From Eledone cirrhosa (taxonomy: Eukaryota), in the NCBI GenBank assembly GCA_964016885.1, contig OZ024752.1, forward strand, positions 34,038,001 through 34,102,000: DNA of 64,000 nucleotides, in the 5' to 3' direction. Of the stretch, positions 24,201 through 39,510 are shown one piece after another. A program made the position numbers and the translations under genes. How positions within the stretch are numbered: the stretch's first letter is position 1; every line of letters starts with the position of its first letter. The notes beneath the pieces were generated by a model that was not told where the DNA came from, did no database searches, and saw nothing but the letters and a program-made list of their open reading frames with translations.

Positions 24201-27200
24201 GAAAGACACTGTCTATGTCTTTAACCCTTTATTTACTCTATTTGTAATGAAAGACACTGTCTATGTGTTTAATTCTTTCATTACTGTATGTCTATTGAAA
24301 GACACTGTCTATGTTTAATACTTTCATTATTGTATGTCTAATGAAAGACACTGTTTATGTGTTTAATCCTTTCATTACTGTATGTCTAATAAAAGGGACT
24401 GTCTATGTGTTTAACCCTTTCATTACTGTATGTCTAATGAAAGACACTGTCGATGTCTTTAACCCTTTCATTACTGTATGTCTAATGAAAGACACTGTCT
24501 ATGTCTTTAACCCTTTATTTACTGTATTTGTAATGAAAGACACTGTCTATGTGTTTAATTCTTTCATTACTGTATGTCTATTGAAAGACACTGTCTATGT
24601 TTAATACTTTCATTATTGTATGTCTAATGAAAGACACTGTTTATGTGTTTAATCCTTTCATTACTGTATGTCTAATAAAAGGGACTGTCTATGTGTTTAA
24701 CCCTTTCATTACTGTATGTCTAATGAAAGACACTGTCTGTGTTTAACCCTTTCATTACTGTATGTCTAATGAAAGACACAGTCTATGTGTTTAATCCTTT
24801 CATTACTGTATGTCTAATGAAAGACACAGTCTATGTGTTTAATCCTTTCATTACTGTATGTCTAATGAAAGACACAGTCTGTGTTTAACCCTTTCATTAC
24901 TGTATGTCTAATGAAAGACACTGTCTGTGTGTTTAACCCTTTCATTACTGTATGTCTAATGAAAGACACTGTCTATGTGTTTAACCCTTTCATTACTGTA
25001 TGTCTAATGAAAGACACTGTCTATGTGTTTAATCCTTTCATTACTGTATGTCTAATGAAAGACACTGTCTATGTGTTTAATCCTTTCATTACTGTATGTC
25101 TAATGAAAGACACAGTCTATGTGTTTAACCCTTTCATTACTGTATGTCTAATGAAAGTCACTGTTTATGTGTTTAATCCTTTCATTACTGTATGTCTAAT
25201 GAAAGACACAGTCTATGTGTTTAACCCTTTCATTACTGTATGTCTAATGAAAGACACTGTCTATGTGTTTAATCCTTTCATTACTGTATGTCTAATGAAA
25301 GACACTGTTTATGTGTTTAATCCTTTCATTACTGTATGTCTAATGAAAGACACTGTTTATGTGTTTAATCCTTTAATTACTGTATGTCTAATAAAAGGGA
25401 CTGTCTATGTCTTTAACCCTTTCATTACTGTATGTCTAATGAAAGACACTGTCTGTGTTTAACCCTTTCATTACTGTATGTCTAATGAAAGACATTGTCT
25501 GTGTGTTTAACCCTTTCATTACTGTATGTCTAATGAAAGACACTGTCTGTGTGTTTAACCCTTTCATTACTGTATGTCTAATGAAAGAAACTGTCTATGT
25601 CTTTAACCCTTTCATTACTGTAAGTCTAATGAAAGACACTGTCGATGTCTTTAACCCTTTCATTACTGTATGTCTAATGAAAGACACTGTCTATGTCTTT
25701 AACCCTTTATTTACTGTATTTGTAATGAAAGACACTGTCTATGTGTTTAATTCTTTCATTATTGTATGTCTATTGAAAGACACTGTCTATGTTTAATACT
25801 TTCATTATTGTATGTCTAATGAAAGACACTGTTTATGTGTTTAATCCTTTCATTACTGTATGTCTAATAAAAGGGACTGTCTATGTGTTTAACCCTTTCA
25901 TTACTGTATGTCTAATGAAAGACACTGTCGATGTCTTTAACCCTTTCATTACTGTATGTCTAATGAAAGACACTGTCTATGTCTTTAACCCTTTATTTAC
26001 TGTATTTGTAATGAAAGACACTGTCTATGTGTTTAATTCTTTCATTACTGTATGTCTATTGAAAGACACTGTCTATGTTTAATACTTTCATTATTGTATG
26101 TCTAATGAAAGACACTGTTTATGTGTTTAATCCTTTCATTACTGTATGTCTAATAAAAGGGACTGTCTATGTGTTTAACCCTTTCATTACTGTAGGTCTA
26201 ATGAAAGACACTGTCTATGTGTTTAACCCTTTCATTACTGTATGTCTAATGAAAGACACTGTCTATGTATTTAATCCTTTCATTACTGTATGTCTAATGA
26301 AAGACACTGTCTATGTCTTTAACCCTTTCATTACTGTATGTCTAATGAAAGACACTGTCTGTGTTTAACCCTTCCATTACTGTATGTCTAATGAAAGACA
26401 CTGTCTGTGTGTTTAACCCTTTCATTACTGTATGTCTAATGAAAGACACAGTCTATGTGTTTAATCCTTTCATTACTGTATGTCTAATGAAAGACACAGT
26501 CTATGTGTTTAACCCTTTTATTACTGTATGTCTAATGAAAGACACAGTCTATGTGTTTAACCCTTTCATTACTGTATGTCTAATGAAAGACACTGTCTAT
26601 GTGTTTAACCCTTTCATTACTGTATGTCTAATGAAAGACACAGTCTATGTGTTTAATCCTTTCATTACTGTATGTCTAATGAAAGACACAGTCTATGTGT
26701 TTAATCCTTTCATTACTGTATGTCTAATGAAAGACACTGTCTATGTGTTTAACCCTTTCATTACTGTATGTCTAATGAAAGACAGGCTATGTGTTTAACC
26801 CTTTCATTACTGTATGTCTAATGAAAGACACAGTCTATGTGTTTAATCCTTTCATTACTGTATGTCTAATGAAAGACACTGTGTTTAACCCTTTCATTAC
26901 TGTATTTCTAATGAAAGACACTGTCTATATGTTTAATCCTTTCATTACTGTATGTCTAATGAAATACACTGTCTATGTGTTTAACCCATTCATTACTGTA
27001 TGTCTATTGAAAGACACTGTCTATGTTGAATCCTTTCATTACTGTATGTCTAATGAAAGACACTGTTTATGTGTTTAATCCTTTCATTACTGTATGTCTA
27101 ATGAAAGACACTGTTTATGTGTTTAATCCTTTCATTACTGTATGTATAATAAAAGGGACTGTCTATGTGTTTAACCCTTTCATTACTGTATGTCTAATGA

Positions 27201-27979
27201 AAGACACTGTCTATGTGTTTAATCCTTTCATTACTGTATGTCTAATGAAAGACACTGTCTATGTGTTTAATCCTTTCATTACTGTATGTCTAATGAAAGA
27301 CACTGTCTATGTGTTTAATCCTTTCATTGCTGTATGTCTAATGAAAGACACTGTCTATGTGTTTAACCCATTCATTACTGTATGTCTATTGAAAGACACT
27401 GTCTGTGTTTAACCCTTTCATTACTGTATGTCTAATGAAAGACATTGTCTGTGTGTTTAACCCTTTCATTACTGTATGTCTAATGAAAGACACTGTCTAT
27501 GTGTTTAATCCTTTCATTACTGTATGTCTAATGATAGACACTGTTTATGTGTTTAATCCTTTCATTACTGTAGGTCTAATGAAAGACACTGTTTATGTGT
27601 TTAATCCTTTCATTACTGTATGTCTAATAAAAGGGACTGTCTATGTGTTTAACCCTTTCATTACTGTATGTCTAATGAAAGACACTGTCTATGTGTTTAA
27701 CCCTTTCATTACTGTATGTCTAATGAAAGACACTGTCTATGTATTTAATCCTTTCATTACTGTAAGTCTAATGAAAGACACTGTCTGTGTTTAACCCTTT
27801 CATTACTGTATGTCTAATGAAAGACACAGTCTATGTGTTTAATCCTTTCATTACTGTATGTCTAATGAAAGACACAGTCTATGTGTTTAATCCTTTCATT
27901 ACTGTATGTCTAATGAAAGACACAGTCTGTGTTTAACCCTTTCATTACTGTATGTCTAATGAAAGACACTGTCTGTGTG

Positions 27980-30900
27980 TTTAACCCTTTCATTACTGTA
28001 TGTCTAATGAAAGACACAGTCTATGTGTTTAATCCTTTCATTACTGTATGTCTAATAAAAGACACAGTCTATGTGTTTAACCGTTTCATTACTGTATGTC
28101 TAATGAAAGACACTGTCTATGTGTTTAACCCTTTCATTACTGTATGTCTAATGAAAGACACTGTCTATGTGTTTAATCCTTTCATTACTGTATGTCTAAT
28201 GAAAGACACTGTCTATGTGTTTAATCCTTTCATTACTGTATGTCTAATGAAAGACACAGTCTATGTGTTTAACCCTTTCATTACTGTATGTCTAATGAAA
28301 GACACTGTTTATGTGTTTAATCCTTTCATTACTGTATGTCTAATGAAAGACACAGTCTATGTGTTTAACCCTTTCATTACTGTATGTCTAATGAAAGACA
28401 CTGTCTATGTGTTTAATCCTTTCATTACTGTATGTCTAATGAAAGACACTGTTTATGTGTTTAATCCTTTCATTACTGTATGTCTAATAAAAGGGACTGT
28501 CTATGTGTTTAACCCTTTCATTACTGTATGTCTAATGAAAGACACTGTCTATGTGTTTAACCCTTTCATTACTGTATGTCTAATGAAAGACACTGTCTAT
28601 GTGTTTAACCCTTTCATTACTGTATGTCTAATGAAAGACACAGTCTATGTGTTTAATCCTTTCATTACTGTATGTCTAATAAAAGACACAGTCTATGTGT
28701 TTAACCGTTTCATTACTGTATGTCTAATGAAAGACACTGTCTATGTGTTTAACCCTTTCATTACTGTATGTCTAATGAAAGACACTGTCTATGTGTTTAA
28801 TCCTTTCATTACTGTATGTCTAATGAAAGACACTGTCTATGTGTTTAATCCTTTCATTACTGTATGTCTAATGAAAGACACAGTCTATGTGTTTAACCCT
28901 TTCATTACTGTATGTCTAATGAAAGACACTGTTTATGTGTTTAATCCTTTCATTACTGTATGTCTAATGAAAGACACAGTCTATATGTTTAACCCTTTCA
29001 TTACTGTATGTCTAATGAAAGACACTGTCTATGTGTTTAATCCTTTCATTACTGTATGTCTAATGAAAGACACTGTTTATGTGTTTAATCCTTTCATTAC
29101 TGTATGTCTAATGAAAGACACTGTTTATGTGTTTAATCCTTTCATTACTGTATGTCTAATAAAAGGGACTGTCTATGTCTTTAACCCTTTCATTACTGTA
29201 TGTCTAATGAAAGACACTGTCTGTGTTTAACCCTTTCATTACTGTATGTCTAATGAAAGACATTGTCTGTGTGTTTAACCCTTTCATTACTGTATGTCTA
29301 ATGAAAGACACTGTCTGTGTGTTTAACCCTTTCATTACTGTATGTCTAATGAAAGAAACTGTCTATGTCTTTAACCCTTTCATTACTGTATGTCTAATGA
29401 AAGACACTGTCGATGTCTTTAACCCTTTCATTACTGTATGTCTAATGAAAGACACTGTCTATGTCTTTAACCCTTTATTTACTGTATTTGTAATGAAAGA
29501 CACTGTCTATGTGTTTAATTCTTTCATTACTGTATGTCTATTGAAAGACACTGTCTATGTTTAATACTTTCATTATTGTATGTCTAATGAAAGACACTGT
29601 TTATGTGTTTAATCCTTTCATTACTGTATGTCTAATAAAAGGGACTGTCTATGTGTTTAACCCTTTCATTACTGTATGTCTAATGAAAGACACTGTCGAT
29701 GTCTTTAACCCTTTCATTACTGTATGTCTAATGAAAGACACTGTCTATGTCTTTAACCCTTTATTTACTGTATTTGTAATGAAAGACACTGTCTATGTGT
29801 TTAATTCTTTCATTACTGTATGTCTATTGAAAGACACTGTCTATGTTTAATACTTTCATTATTGTATGTCTAATGAAAGACACTGTTTATGTGTTTAATC
29901 CTTTCATTACTGTATGTCTAATAAAAGGGACTGTCTATGTGTTTAACCCTTTCATTACTGTAGGTCTAATGAAAGACACTGTCTATGTGTTTAACCCTTT
30001 CATTACTGTATGTCTAATGAAAGACACTGCCTATGTATTTAATCCTTTCATTACTGTATGTCTAATGAAAGACACTGTCTATGTCTTTAACCCTTTCATT
30101 ACTGTATGTCTAATGAAAGACACTGTCTGTGTTTAACCCTTCCATTACTGTATGTCTAATGAAAGACACTGTCTGTGTGTTTAACCCTTTCATTACTGTA
30201 TGTCTATTGAAAGACACTGTCTGTGTTTAACCCTTTCATTACTGTATGTCTAATGAAAGACATTGTCTGTGTGTTTAACCCTTTCATTACTGTATGTCTA
30301 ATGAAAGACACTGTCTATGTGTTTAATCCTTTCATTACTGTATGTCTAATGATAGACACTGTTTATGTGTTTAATCCTTTCATTACTGTAGGTCTAATGA
30401 AAGACACTGTTTATGTGTTTAATCCTTTCATTACTGTATGTCTAATAAAAGGGACTGTCTATGTGTTTAACCCTTTCATTACTGTATGTCTAATGAAAGA
30501 CACTGTCTATGTGTTTAACCCTTTCATTACTGTATGTCTAATGAAAGACACTGTCTATGTATTTAATCCTTTCATTACTGTAAGTCTAATGAAAGACACT
30601 GTCTGTGTTTAACCCTTTCATTACTGTATGTCTAATGAAAGACACAGTCTATGTGTTTAATCCTTTCATTACTGTATGTCTAATGAAAGACACAGTCTAT
30701 GTGTTTAATCCTTTCATTACTGTATGTCTAATGAAAGACACAGTCTGTGTTTAACCCTTTCATTACTGTATGTCTAATGAAAGACACTGTCTGTGTGTTT
30801 AACCCTTTCATTACTGTATGTCTAATGAAAGACACAGTCTATGTGTTTAATCCTTTCATTACTGTATGTCTAATAAAAGACACAGTCTATGTGTTTAACC

Positions 30901-33900
30901 GTTTCATTACTGTATGTCTAATGAAAGACACTGTCTATGTGTTTAACCCTTTCATTACTGTATGTCTAATGAAAGACACTGTCTATGTGTTTAATCCTTT
31001 CATTACTGTATGTCTAATGAAAGACACTGTCTATGTGTTTAATCCTTTCATTACTGTATGTCTAATGAAAGACACAGTCTATGTGTTTAACCCTTTCATT
31101 ACTGTATGTCTAATGAAAGACACTGTTTATGTGTTTAATCCTTTCATTACTGTATGTCTAATGAAAGACACAGTCTATGTGTTTAACCCTTTCATTACTG
31201 TATGTCTAATGAAAGACACTGTCTATGTGTTTAATCCTTTCATTACTGTATGTCTAATGAAAGACACTGTTTATGTGTTTAATCCTTTCATTACTGTATG
31301 TCTAATGAAAGACACTGTTTATGTGTTTAATCCTTTCATTACTGTATGTCTAATAAAAGGGACTGTCTATGTCTTTAACCCTTTCATTACTGTATGTCTA
31401 ATGAAAGACACTGTCTGTGTTTAACCCTTTCATTACTGTATGTCTAATGAAAGACATTGTCTGTGTCTTTAACCCTTTCATTACTGTATGTCTAATGAAA
31501 GACACTGTCTATGTCTTTAACCCTTTATTTACTGTATTTGTAATGAAAGACACTGTCTATGTGTTTAATTCTTTCATTACTGTATGTCTATTGAAAGACA
31601 CTGTCTATGTTTAATACTTTCATTATTGTATGTCTAATGAAAGACACTGTTTATGTGTTTAATCCTTTCATTACTGTATGTCTAATAAAAGGGACTGTCT
31701 ATGTGTTTAACCCTTTCATTATTGTAGGTCTAATGAAAGACACTGTCTATGTGTTTAACCCTTTCATTACTGTATGTCTAATGAAAGACACTGTCTATGT
31801 ATTTAATCCTTTCATTACTGTATGTCTAATGAAAGACACTGTCTATGTCTTTAACCCTTTCATTACTGTATGTCTAATGAAAGACACTGTCTGTGTTTAA
31901 CCCTTCCATTACTGTATGTCTAATGAAAGACACTGTCTGTGTGTTTAACCCTTTCATTACTGTATGTCTAATGAAAGACACAGTCTATGTGTTTAACCCT
32001 TTTATTACTGTATGTCTAATGAAAGACACAGTCTATGTGTTTAACCCTTTCATTACTGTATGTCTAATGAAAGACACTGTCTATGTGTTTAACCCTTTCA
32101 TTACTGTATGTCTAATGAAAGACACAGTCTATGTGTTTAATCCTTTCATTACTGTATGTCTAATGAAAGACACAGTCTATGTGTTTAATCCTTTCATTAC
32201 TGTATGTCTAATGAAAGACACTGTCTATGTGTTTAACCCTTTCATTACTGTATGTCTAATGAAAGACAGGCTATGTGTTTAACCCTTTCATTACTGTATG
32301 TCTAATGAAAGACACAGTCTATGTGTTTAATCCTTTCATTACTGTATGTCTAATGAAAGACACTATGTGTTTAACCCTTTCATTACTGTATTTCTAATGA
32401 AAGACACTGTCTATATGTTTAATCCTTTCATTACTGTATGTCTAATGAAATACACTGTCTATGTGTTTAACCCATTCATTACTGTATGTCTATTGAAAGA
32501 CACTGTCTATGTTGAATCCTTTCATTACTGTATGTCTAATGAAAGACACTGTTTATGTGTTTAATCCTTTCATTACTGTATGTCTAATGAAAGACACTGT
32601 TTATGTGTTTAATCCTTTCATTACTGTATGTATAATAAAAGGGACTGTCTATGTGTTTAACCCTTTCATTACTGTATGTCTAATGAAAGACACTGTCTAT
32701 GTGTTTAATCCTTTCATTACTGTATGTCTAATGAAAGACACTGTCTATGTGTTTAACCCATTCATTACTGTATGTCTATTGAAAGACACTGTCTGTGTTT
32801 AACCCTTTCATTACTGTATGTCTAATGAAAGACATTGTCTGTGTGTTTAACCCTTTCATTACTGTATGTCTAATGAAAGACACTGTCTATGTGTTTAATC
32901 CTTTCATTACTGTATGTCTAATGATAGACACTGTTTATGTGTTTAATCCTTTCATTACTGTAGGTCTAATGAAAGACACTGTTTATGTGTTTAATCCTTT
33001 CATTACTGTATGTCTAATAAAAGGGACTGTCTATGTGTTTAACCCTTTCATTACTGTATGTCTAATGAAAGACACTGTCTATGTGTTTAACCCTTTCATT
33101 ACTGTATGTCTAATGAAAGACACTGTCTATGTATTTAATCCTTTCATTACTGTAAGTCTAATGAAAGACACTGTCTGTGTTTAACCCTTTCATTACTGTA
33201 TGTCTAATGAAAGACACAGTCTATGTGTTTAATCCTTTCATTACTGTATGTCTAATGAAAGACACAGTCTATGTGTTTAATCCTTTCATTACTGTATGTC
33301 TAATGAAAGACACAGTCTGTGTTTAACCCTTTCATTACTGTATGTCTAATGAAAGACACTGTTGTGTGTTTAACCCTTTCATTACTGTATGTCTAATGAA
33401 AGACACAGTCTATGTGTTTAATCCTTTCATTACTGTATGTCTAATAAAAGACACAGTCTATGTGTTTAACCGTTTCATTACTGTATGTCTAATGAAAGAC
33501 ACTGTCTAAGTGTTTAACCCTTTCATTACTGTATGTCTAATGAAAGACACTGTCTATGTGTTTAATTCTTTCATTACTGTATGTCTAATGAAAGACACTG
33601 TCTATGTGTTTAATCCTTTCATTACTGTATGTCTAATGAAAGACACAGTCTATGTGTTTAACCCTTTCATTACTGTATGTCTAATGAAAGACACTGTTTA
33701 TGTGTTTAATCCTTTCATTACTGTATGTCTAATGAAAGAGACAGTCTATGTGTTTAACCCTTTCATTACTGTATGTCTAATGAAAGACACTGTCTATGTG
33801 TTTAATCCTTTCATTATTGTATGTCTAATGAAAGACACTGTTTATGTGTTTAATCCTTTCATTACTGTATGTCTAATAAAAGGGACTGTCTATGTGTTTA

Positions 33901-36900
33901 ACCCTTTCATTACTGTATGTCTAATGAAAGACACTGTCTATGTGTTTAACCCTTTCATTACTGTATGTCTAATGAAAGACACTGTCTATGTGTTTAACCC
34001 TTTCATTACTGTATGTCTAATGAAAGACACAGTCTATGTGTTTAATCCTTTCATTACTGTATGTCTAATAAAAGACACAGTCTATGTGTTTAACCGTTTC
34101 ATTACTGTATGTCTAATGAAAGACACTGTCTATGTGTTTAACCCTTTCATTACTGTATGTCTAATGAAAGACACTGTCTATGTGTTTAATCCTTTCATTA
34201 CTGTATGTCTAATGAAAGACACTGTCTATGTGTTTAATCCTTTCATTACTGTATGTCTAATGAAAGACACAGTCTATGTGTTTAACCCTTTCATTACTGT
34301 ATGTCTAATGAAAGACACTGTTTATGTGTTTAATCCTTTCATTACTGTATGTCTAATGAAAGACACAGTCTATGTGTTTAACCCTTTCATTACTGTATGT
34401 CTAATGAAAGACACTGTCTATGTGTTTAATCCTTTCATTACTGTATGTCTAATGAAAGACACTGTTTATGTGTTTAATCCTTTCATTACTGTATGTCTAA
34501 TAAAAGGGACTGTCTATGTGTTTAACCCTTTCATTACTGTATGTCTAATGAAAGACACTGTCTATGTGTTTAACCCTTTCATTACTGTATGTCTAATGAA
34601 AGACACTGTCTATGTGTTTAACCCTTTCATTACTGTATGTCTAATGAAAGACACAGTCTATGTGTTTAATCCTTTCATTACTGTATGTCTAATAAAAGAC
34701 ACAGTCTATGTGTTTAACCGTTTCATTACTGTATGTCTAATGAAAGACACTGTCTATGTGTTTAACCCTTTCATTACTGTATGTCTAATGAAAGACACTG
34801 TCTATGTGTTTAATCCTTTCATTACTGTATGTCTAATGAAAGACACTGTCTATGTGTTTAATCCTTTCATTACTGTATGTCTAATGAAAGACACAGTCTA
34901 TGTGTTTAACCCTTTCATTACTGTATGTCTAATGAAAGACACTGTTTATGTGTTTAATCCTTTCATTACTGTATGTCTAATGAAAGACACAGTCTATATG
35001 TTTAACCCTTTCATTACTGTATGTCTAATGAAAGACACTGTCTATGTGTTTAATCCTTTCATTACTGTATGTCTAATGAAAGACACTGTTTATGTGTTTA
35101 ATCCTTTCATTACTGTATGTCTAATGAAAGACACTGTTTATGTGTTTAATCCTTTCATTACTGTATGTCTAATAAAAGGGACTGTCTATGTCTTTAACCC
35201 TTTCATTACTGTATGTCTAATGAAAGACACTGTCTGTGTTTAACCCTTTCATTACTGTATGTCTAATGAAAGACATTGTCTGTGTGTTTAACCCTTTCAT
35301 TACTGTATGTCTAATGAAAGACACTGTCTGTGTGTTTAACCCTTTCATTACTGTATGTCTAATGAAAGAAACTGTCTATGTCTTTAACCCTTTCATTACT
35401 GTATGTCTAATGAAAGACACTGTCGATGTCTTTAACCCTTTCATTACTGTATGTCTAATGAAAGACACTGTCTATGTCTTTAACCCTTTATTTACTGTAT
35501 TTGTAATGAAAGACACTGTCTATGTGTTTAATTCTTTCATTACTGTATGTCTATTGAAAGACACTGTCTATGTTTAATACTTTCATTATTGTATGTCTAA
35601 TGAAAGACACTGTTTATGTGTTTAATCCTTTCATTACTGTATGTCTAATAAAAGGGACTGTCTATGTGTTTAACCCTTTCATTACTGTATGTCTAATGAA
35701 AGACACTGTCGATGTCTTTAACCCTTTCATTACTGTATGTCTAATGAAAGACACTGTCTATGTCTTTAACCCTTTATTTACTGTATTTGTAATGAAAGAC
35801 ACTGTCTATGTGTTTAATTCTTTCATTACTGTATGTCTATTGAAAGACACTGTCTATGTTTAATACTTTCATTATTGTATGTCTAATGAAAGACACTGTT
35901 TATGTGTTTAATCCTTTCATTACTGTATGTCTAATAAAAGGGACTGTCTATGTGTTTAACCCTTTCATTACTGTAGGTCTAATGAAAGACACTGTCTATG
36001 TGTTTAACCCTTTCATTACTGTATGTCTAATGAAAGACACTGCCTATGTATTTAATCCTTTCATTACTGTATGTCTAATGAAAGACACTGTCTATGTCTT
36101 TAACCCTTTCATTACTGTATGTCTAATGAAAGACACTGTCTGTGTTTAACCCTTCCATTACTGTATGTCTAATGAAAGACACTGTCTGTGTGTTTAACCC
36201 TTTCATTACTGTATGTCTATTGAAAGACACTGTCTGTGTTTAACCCTTTCATTACTGTATGTCTAATGAAAGACATTGTCTGTGTGTTTAACCCTTTCAT
36301 TACTGTATGTCTAATGAAAGACACTGTCTATGTGTTTAATCCTTTCATTACTGTATGTCTAATGATAGACACTGTTTATGTGTTTAATCCTTTCATTACT
36401 GTAGGTCTAATGAAAGACACTGTTTATGTGTTTAATCCTTTCATTACTGTATGTCTAATAAAAGGGACTGTCTATGTGTTTAACCCTTTCATTACTGTAT
36501 GTCTAATGAAAGACACTGTCTATGTGTTTAACCCTTTCATTACTGTATGTCTAATGAAAGACACTGTCTATGTATTTAATCCTTTCATTACTGTAAGTCT
36601 AATGAAAGACACTGTCTGTGTTTAACCCTTTCATTACTGTATGTCTAATGAAAGACACAGTCTATGTGTTTAATCCTTTCATTACTGTATGTCTAATGAA
36701 AGACACAGTCTATGTGTTTAATCCTTTCATTACTGTATGTCTAATGAAAGACACAGTCTGTGTTTAACCCTTTCATTACTGTATGTCTAATGAAAGACAC
36801 TGTCTGTGTGTTTAACCCTTTCATTACTGTATGTCTAATGAAAGACACAGTCTATGTGTTTAATCCTTTCATTACTGTATGTCTAATAAAAGACACAGTC

Positions 36901-39510
36901 TATGTGTTTAACCGTTTCATTACTGTATGTCTAATGAAAGACACTGTCTATGTGTTTAACCCTTTCATTACTGTATGTCTAATGAAAGACACTGTCTATG
37001 TGTTTAATCCTTTCATTACTGTATGTCTAATGAAAGACACTGTCTATGTGTTTAATCCTTTCATTACTGTATGTCTAATGAAAGACACAGTCTATGTGTT
37101 TAACCCTTTCATTACTGTATGTCTAATGAAAGACACTGTTTATGTGTTTAATCCTTTCATTACTGTATGTCTAATGAAAGACACAGTCTATGTGTTTAAC
37201 CCTTTCATTACTGTATGTCTAATGAAAGACACTGTCTATGTGTTTAATCCTTTCATTACTGTATGTCTAATGAAAGACACTGTTTATGTGTTTAATCCTT
37301 TCATTACTGTATGTCTAATGAAAGACACTGTTTATGTGTTTAATCCTTTCATTACTGTATGTCTAATAAAAGGGACTGTCTATGTCTTTAACCCTTTCAT
37401 TACTGTATGTCTAATGAAAGACACTGTCTGTGTTTAACCCTTTCATTACTGTATGTCTAATGAAAGACATTGTCTGTGTCTTTAACCCTTTCATTACTGT
37501 ATGTCTAATGAAAGACACTGTCTATGTCTTTAACCCTTTATTTACTGTATTTGTAATGAAAGACACTGTCTATGTGTTTAATTCTTTCATTACTGTATGT
37601 CTATTGAAAGACACTGTCTATGTTTAATACTTTCATTATTGTATGTCTAATGAAAGACACTGTTTATGTGTTTAATCCTTTCATTACTGTATGTCTAATA
37701 AAAGGGACTGTCTATGTGTTTAACCCTTTCATTATTGTAGGTCTAATGAAAGACACTGTCTATGTGTTTAACCCTTTCATTACTGTATGTCTAATGAAAG
37801 ACACTGTCTATGTATTTAATCCTTTCATTACTGTATGTCTAATGAAAGACACTGTCTATGTCTTTAACCCTTTCATTACTGTATGTCTAATGAAAGACAC
37901 TGTCTGTGTTTAACCCTTCCATTACTGTATGTCTAATGAAAGACACTGTCTGTGTGTTTAACCCTTTCATTACTGTATGTCTAATGAAAGACACAGTCTA
38001 TGTGTTTAACCCTTTTATTACTGTATGTCTAATGAAAGACACAGTCTATGTGTTTAACCCTTTCATTACTGTATGTCTAATGAAAGACACTGTCTATGTG
38101 TTTAACCCTTTCATTACTGTATGTCTAATGAAAGACACAGTCTATGTGTTTAATCCTTTCATTACTGTATGTCTAATGAAAGACACAGTCTATGTGTTTA
38201 ATCCTTTCATTACTGTATGTCTAATGAAAGACACTGTCTATGTGTTTAACCCTTTCATTACTGTATGTCTAATGAAAGACAGGCTATGTGTTTAACCCTT
38301 TCATTACTGTATGTCTAATGAAAGACACAGTCTATGTGTTTAATCCTTTCATTACTGTATGTCTAATGAAAGACACTATGTGTTTAACCCTTTCATTACT
38401 GTATTTCTAATGAAAGACACTGTCTATATGTTTAATCCTTTCATTACTGTATGTCTAATGAAATACACTGTCTATGTGTTTAACCCATTCATTACTGTAT
38501 GTCTATTGAAAGACACTGTCTATGTTGAATCCTTTCATTACTGTATGTCTAATGAAAGACACTGTTTATGTGTTTAATCCTTTCATTACTGTATGTCTAA
38601 TGAAAGACACTGTTTATGTGTTTAATCCTTTCATTACTGTATGTATAATAAAAGGGACTGTCTATGTGTTTAACCCTTTCATTACTGTATGTCTAATGAA
38701 AGACACTGTCTATGTGTTTAATCCTTTCATTACTGTATGTCTAATGAAAGACACTGTCTATGTGTTTAACCCATTCATTACTGTATGTCTATTGAAAGAC
38801 ACTGTCTGTGTTTAACCCTTTCATTACTGTATGTCTAATGAAAGACATTGTCTGTGTGTTTAACCCTTTCATTACTGTATGTCTAATGAAAGACACTGTC
38901 TATGTGTTTAATCCTTTCATTACTGTATGCCTAATGATAGACACTGTTTATGTGTTTAATCCTTTCATTACTGTAGGTCTAATGAAAGACACTGTTTATG
39001 TGTTTAATCCTTTCATTACTGTATGTCTAATAAAAGGGACTGTCTATGTGTTTAACCCTTTCATTACTGTATGTCTAATGAAAGACACTGTCTATGTGTT
39101 TAACCCTTTCATTACTGTATGTCTAATGAAAGACACTGTCTATGTATTTAATCCTTTCATTACTGTAAGTCTAATGAAAGACACTGTCTGTGTTTAACCC
39201 TTTCATTACTGTATGTCTAATGAAAGACACAGTCTATGTGTTTAATCCTTTCATTACTGTATGTCTAATGAAAGACACAGTCTATGTGTTTAATCCTTTC
39301 ATTACTGTATGTCTAATGAAAGACACAGTCTGTGTTTAACCCTTTCATTACTGTATGTCTAATGAAAGACACTGTTGTGTGTTTAACCCTTTCATTACTG
39401 TATGTCTAATGAAAGACACAGTCTATGTGTTTAATCCTTTCATTACTGTATGTCTAATAAAAGACACAGTCTATGTGTTTAACCGTTTCATTACTGTATG
39501 TCTAATGAAA
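27980..39510 (+). repeat. 6,013-bp higher-order tandem duplication (about 1.9 units); boundaries approximate
   Basis: AACCGTTT markers at 28083/34096 and 33472/39485, and ORF pairs 29223/35236, 30747/36760, 32346/38359, 32795/38808, are all offset by 6013. Confidence 0.9.
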
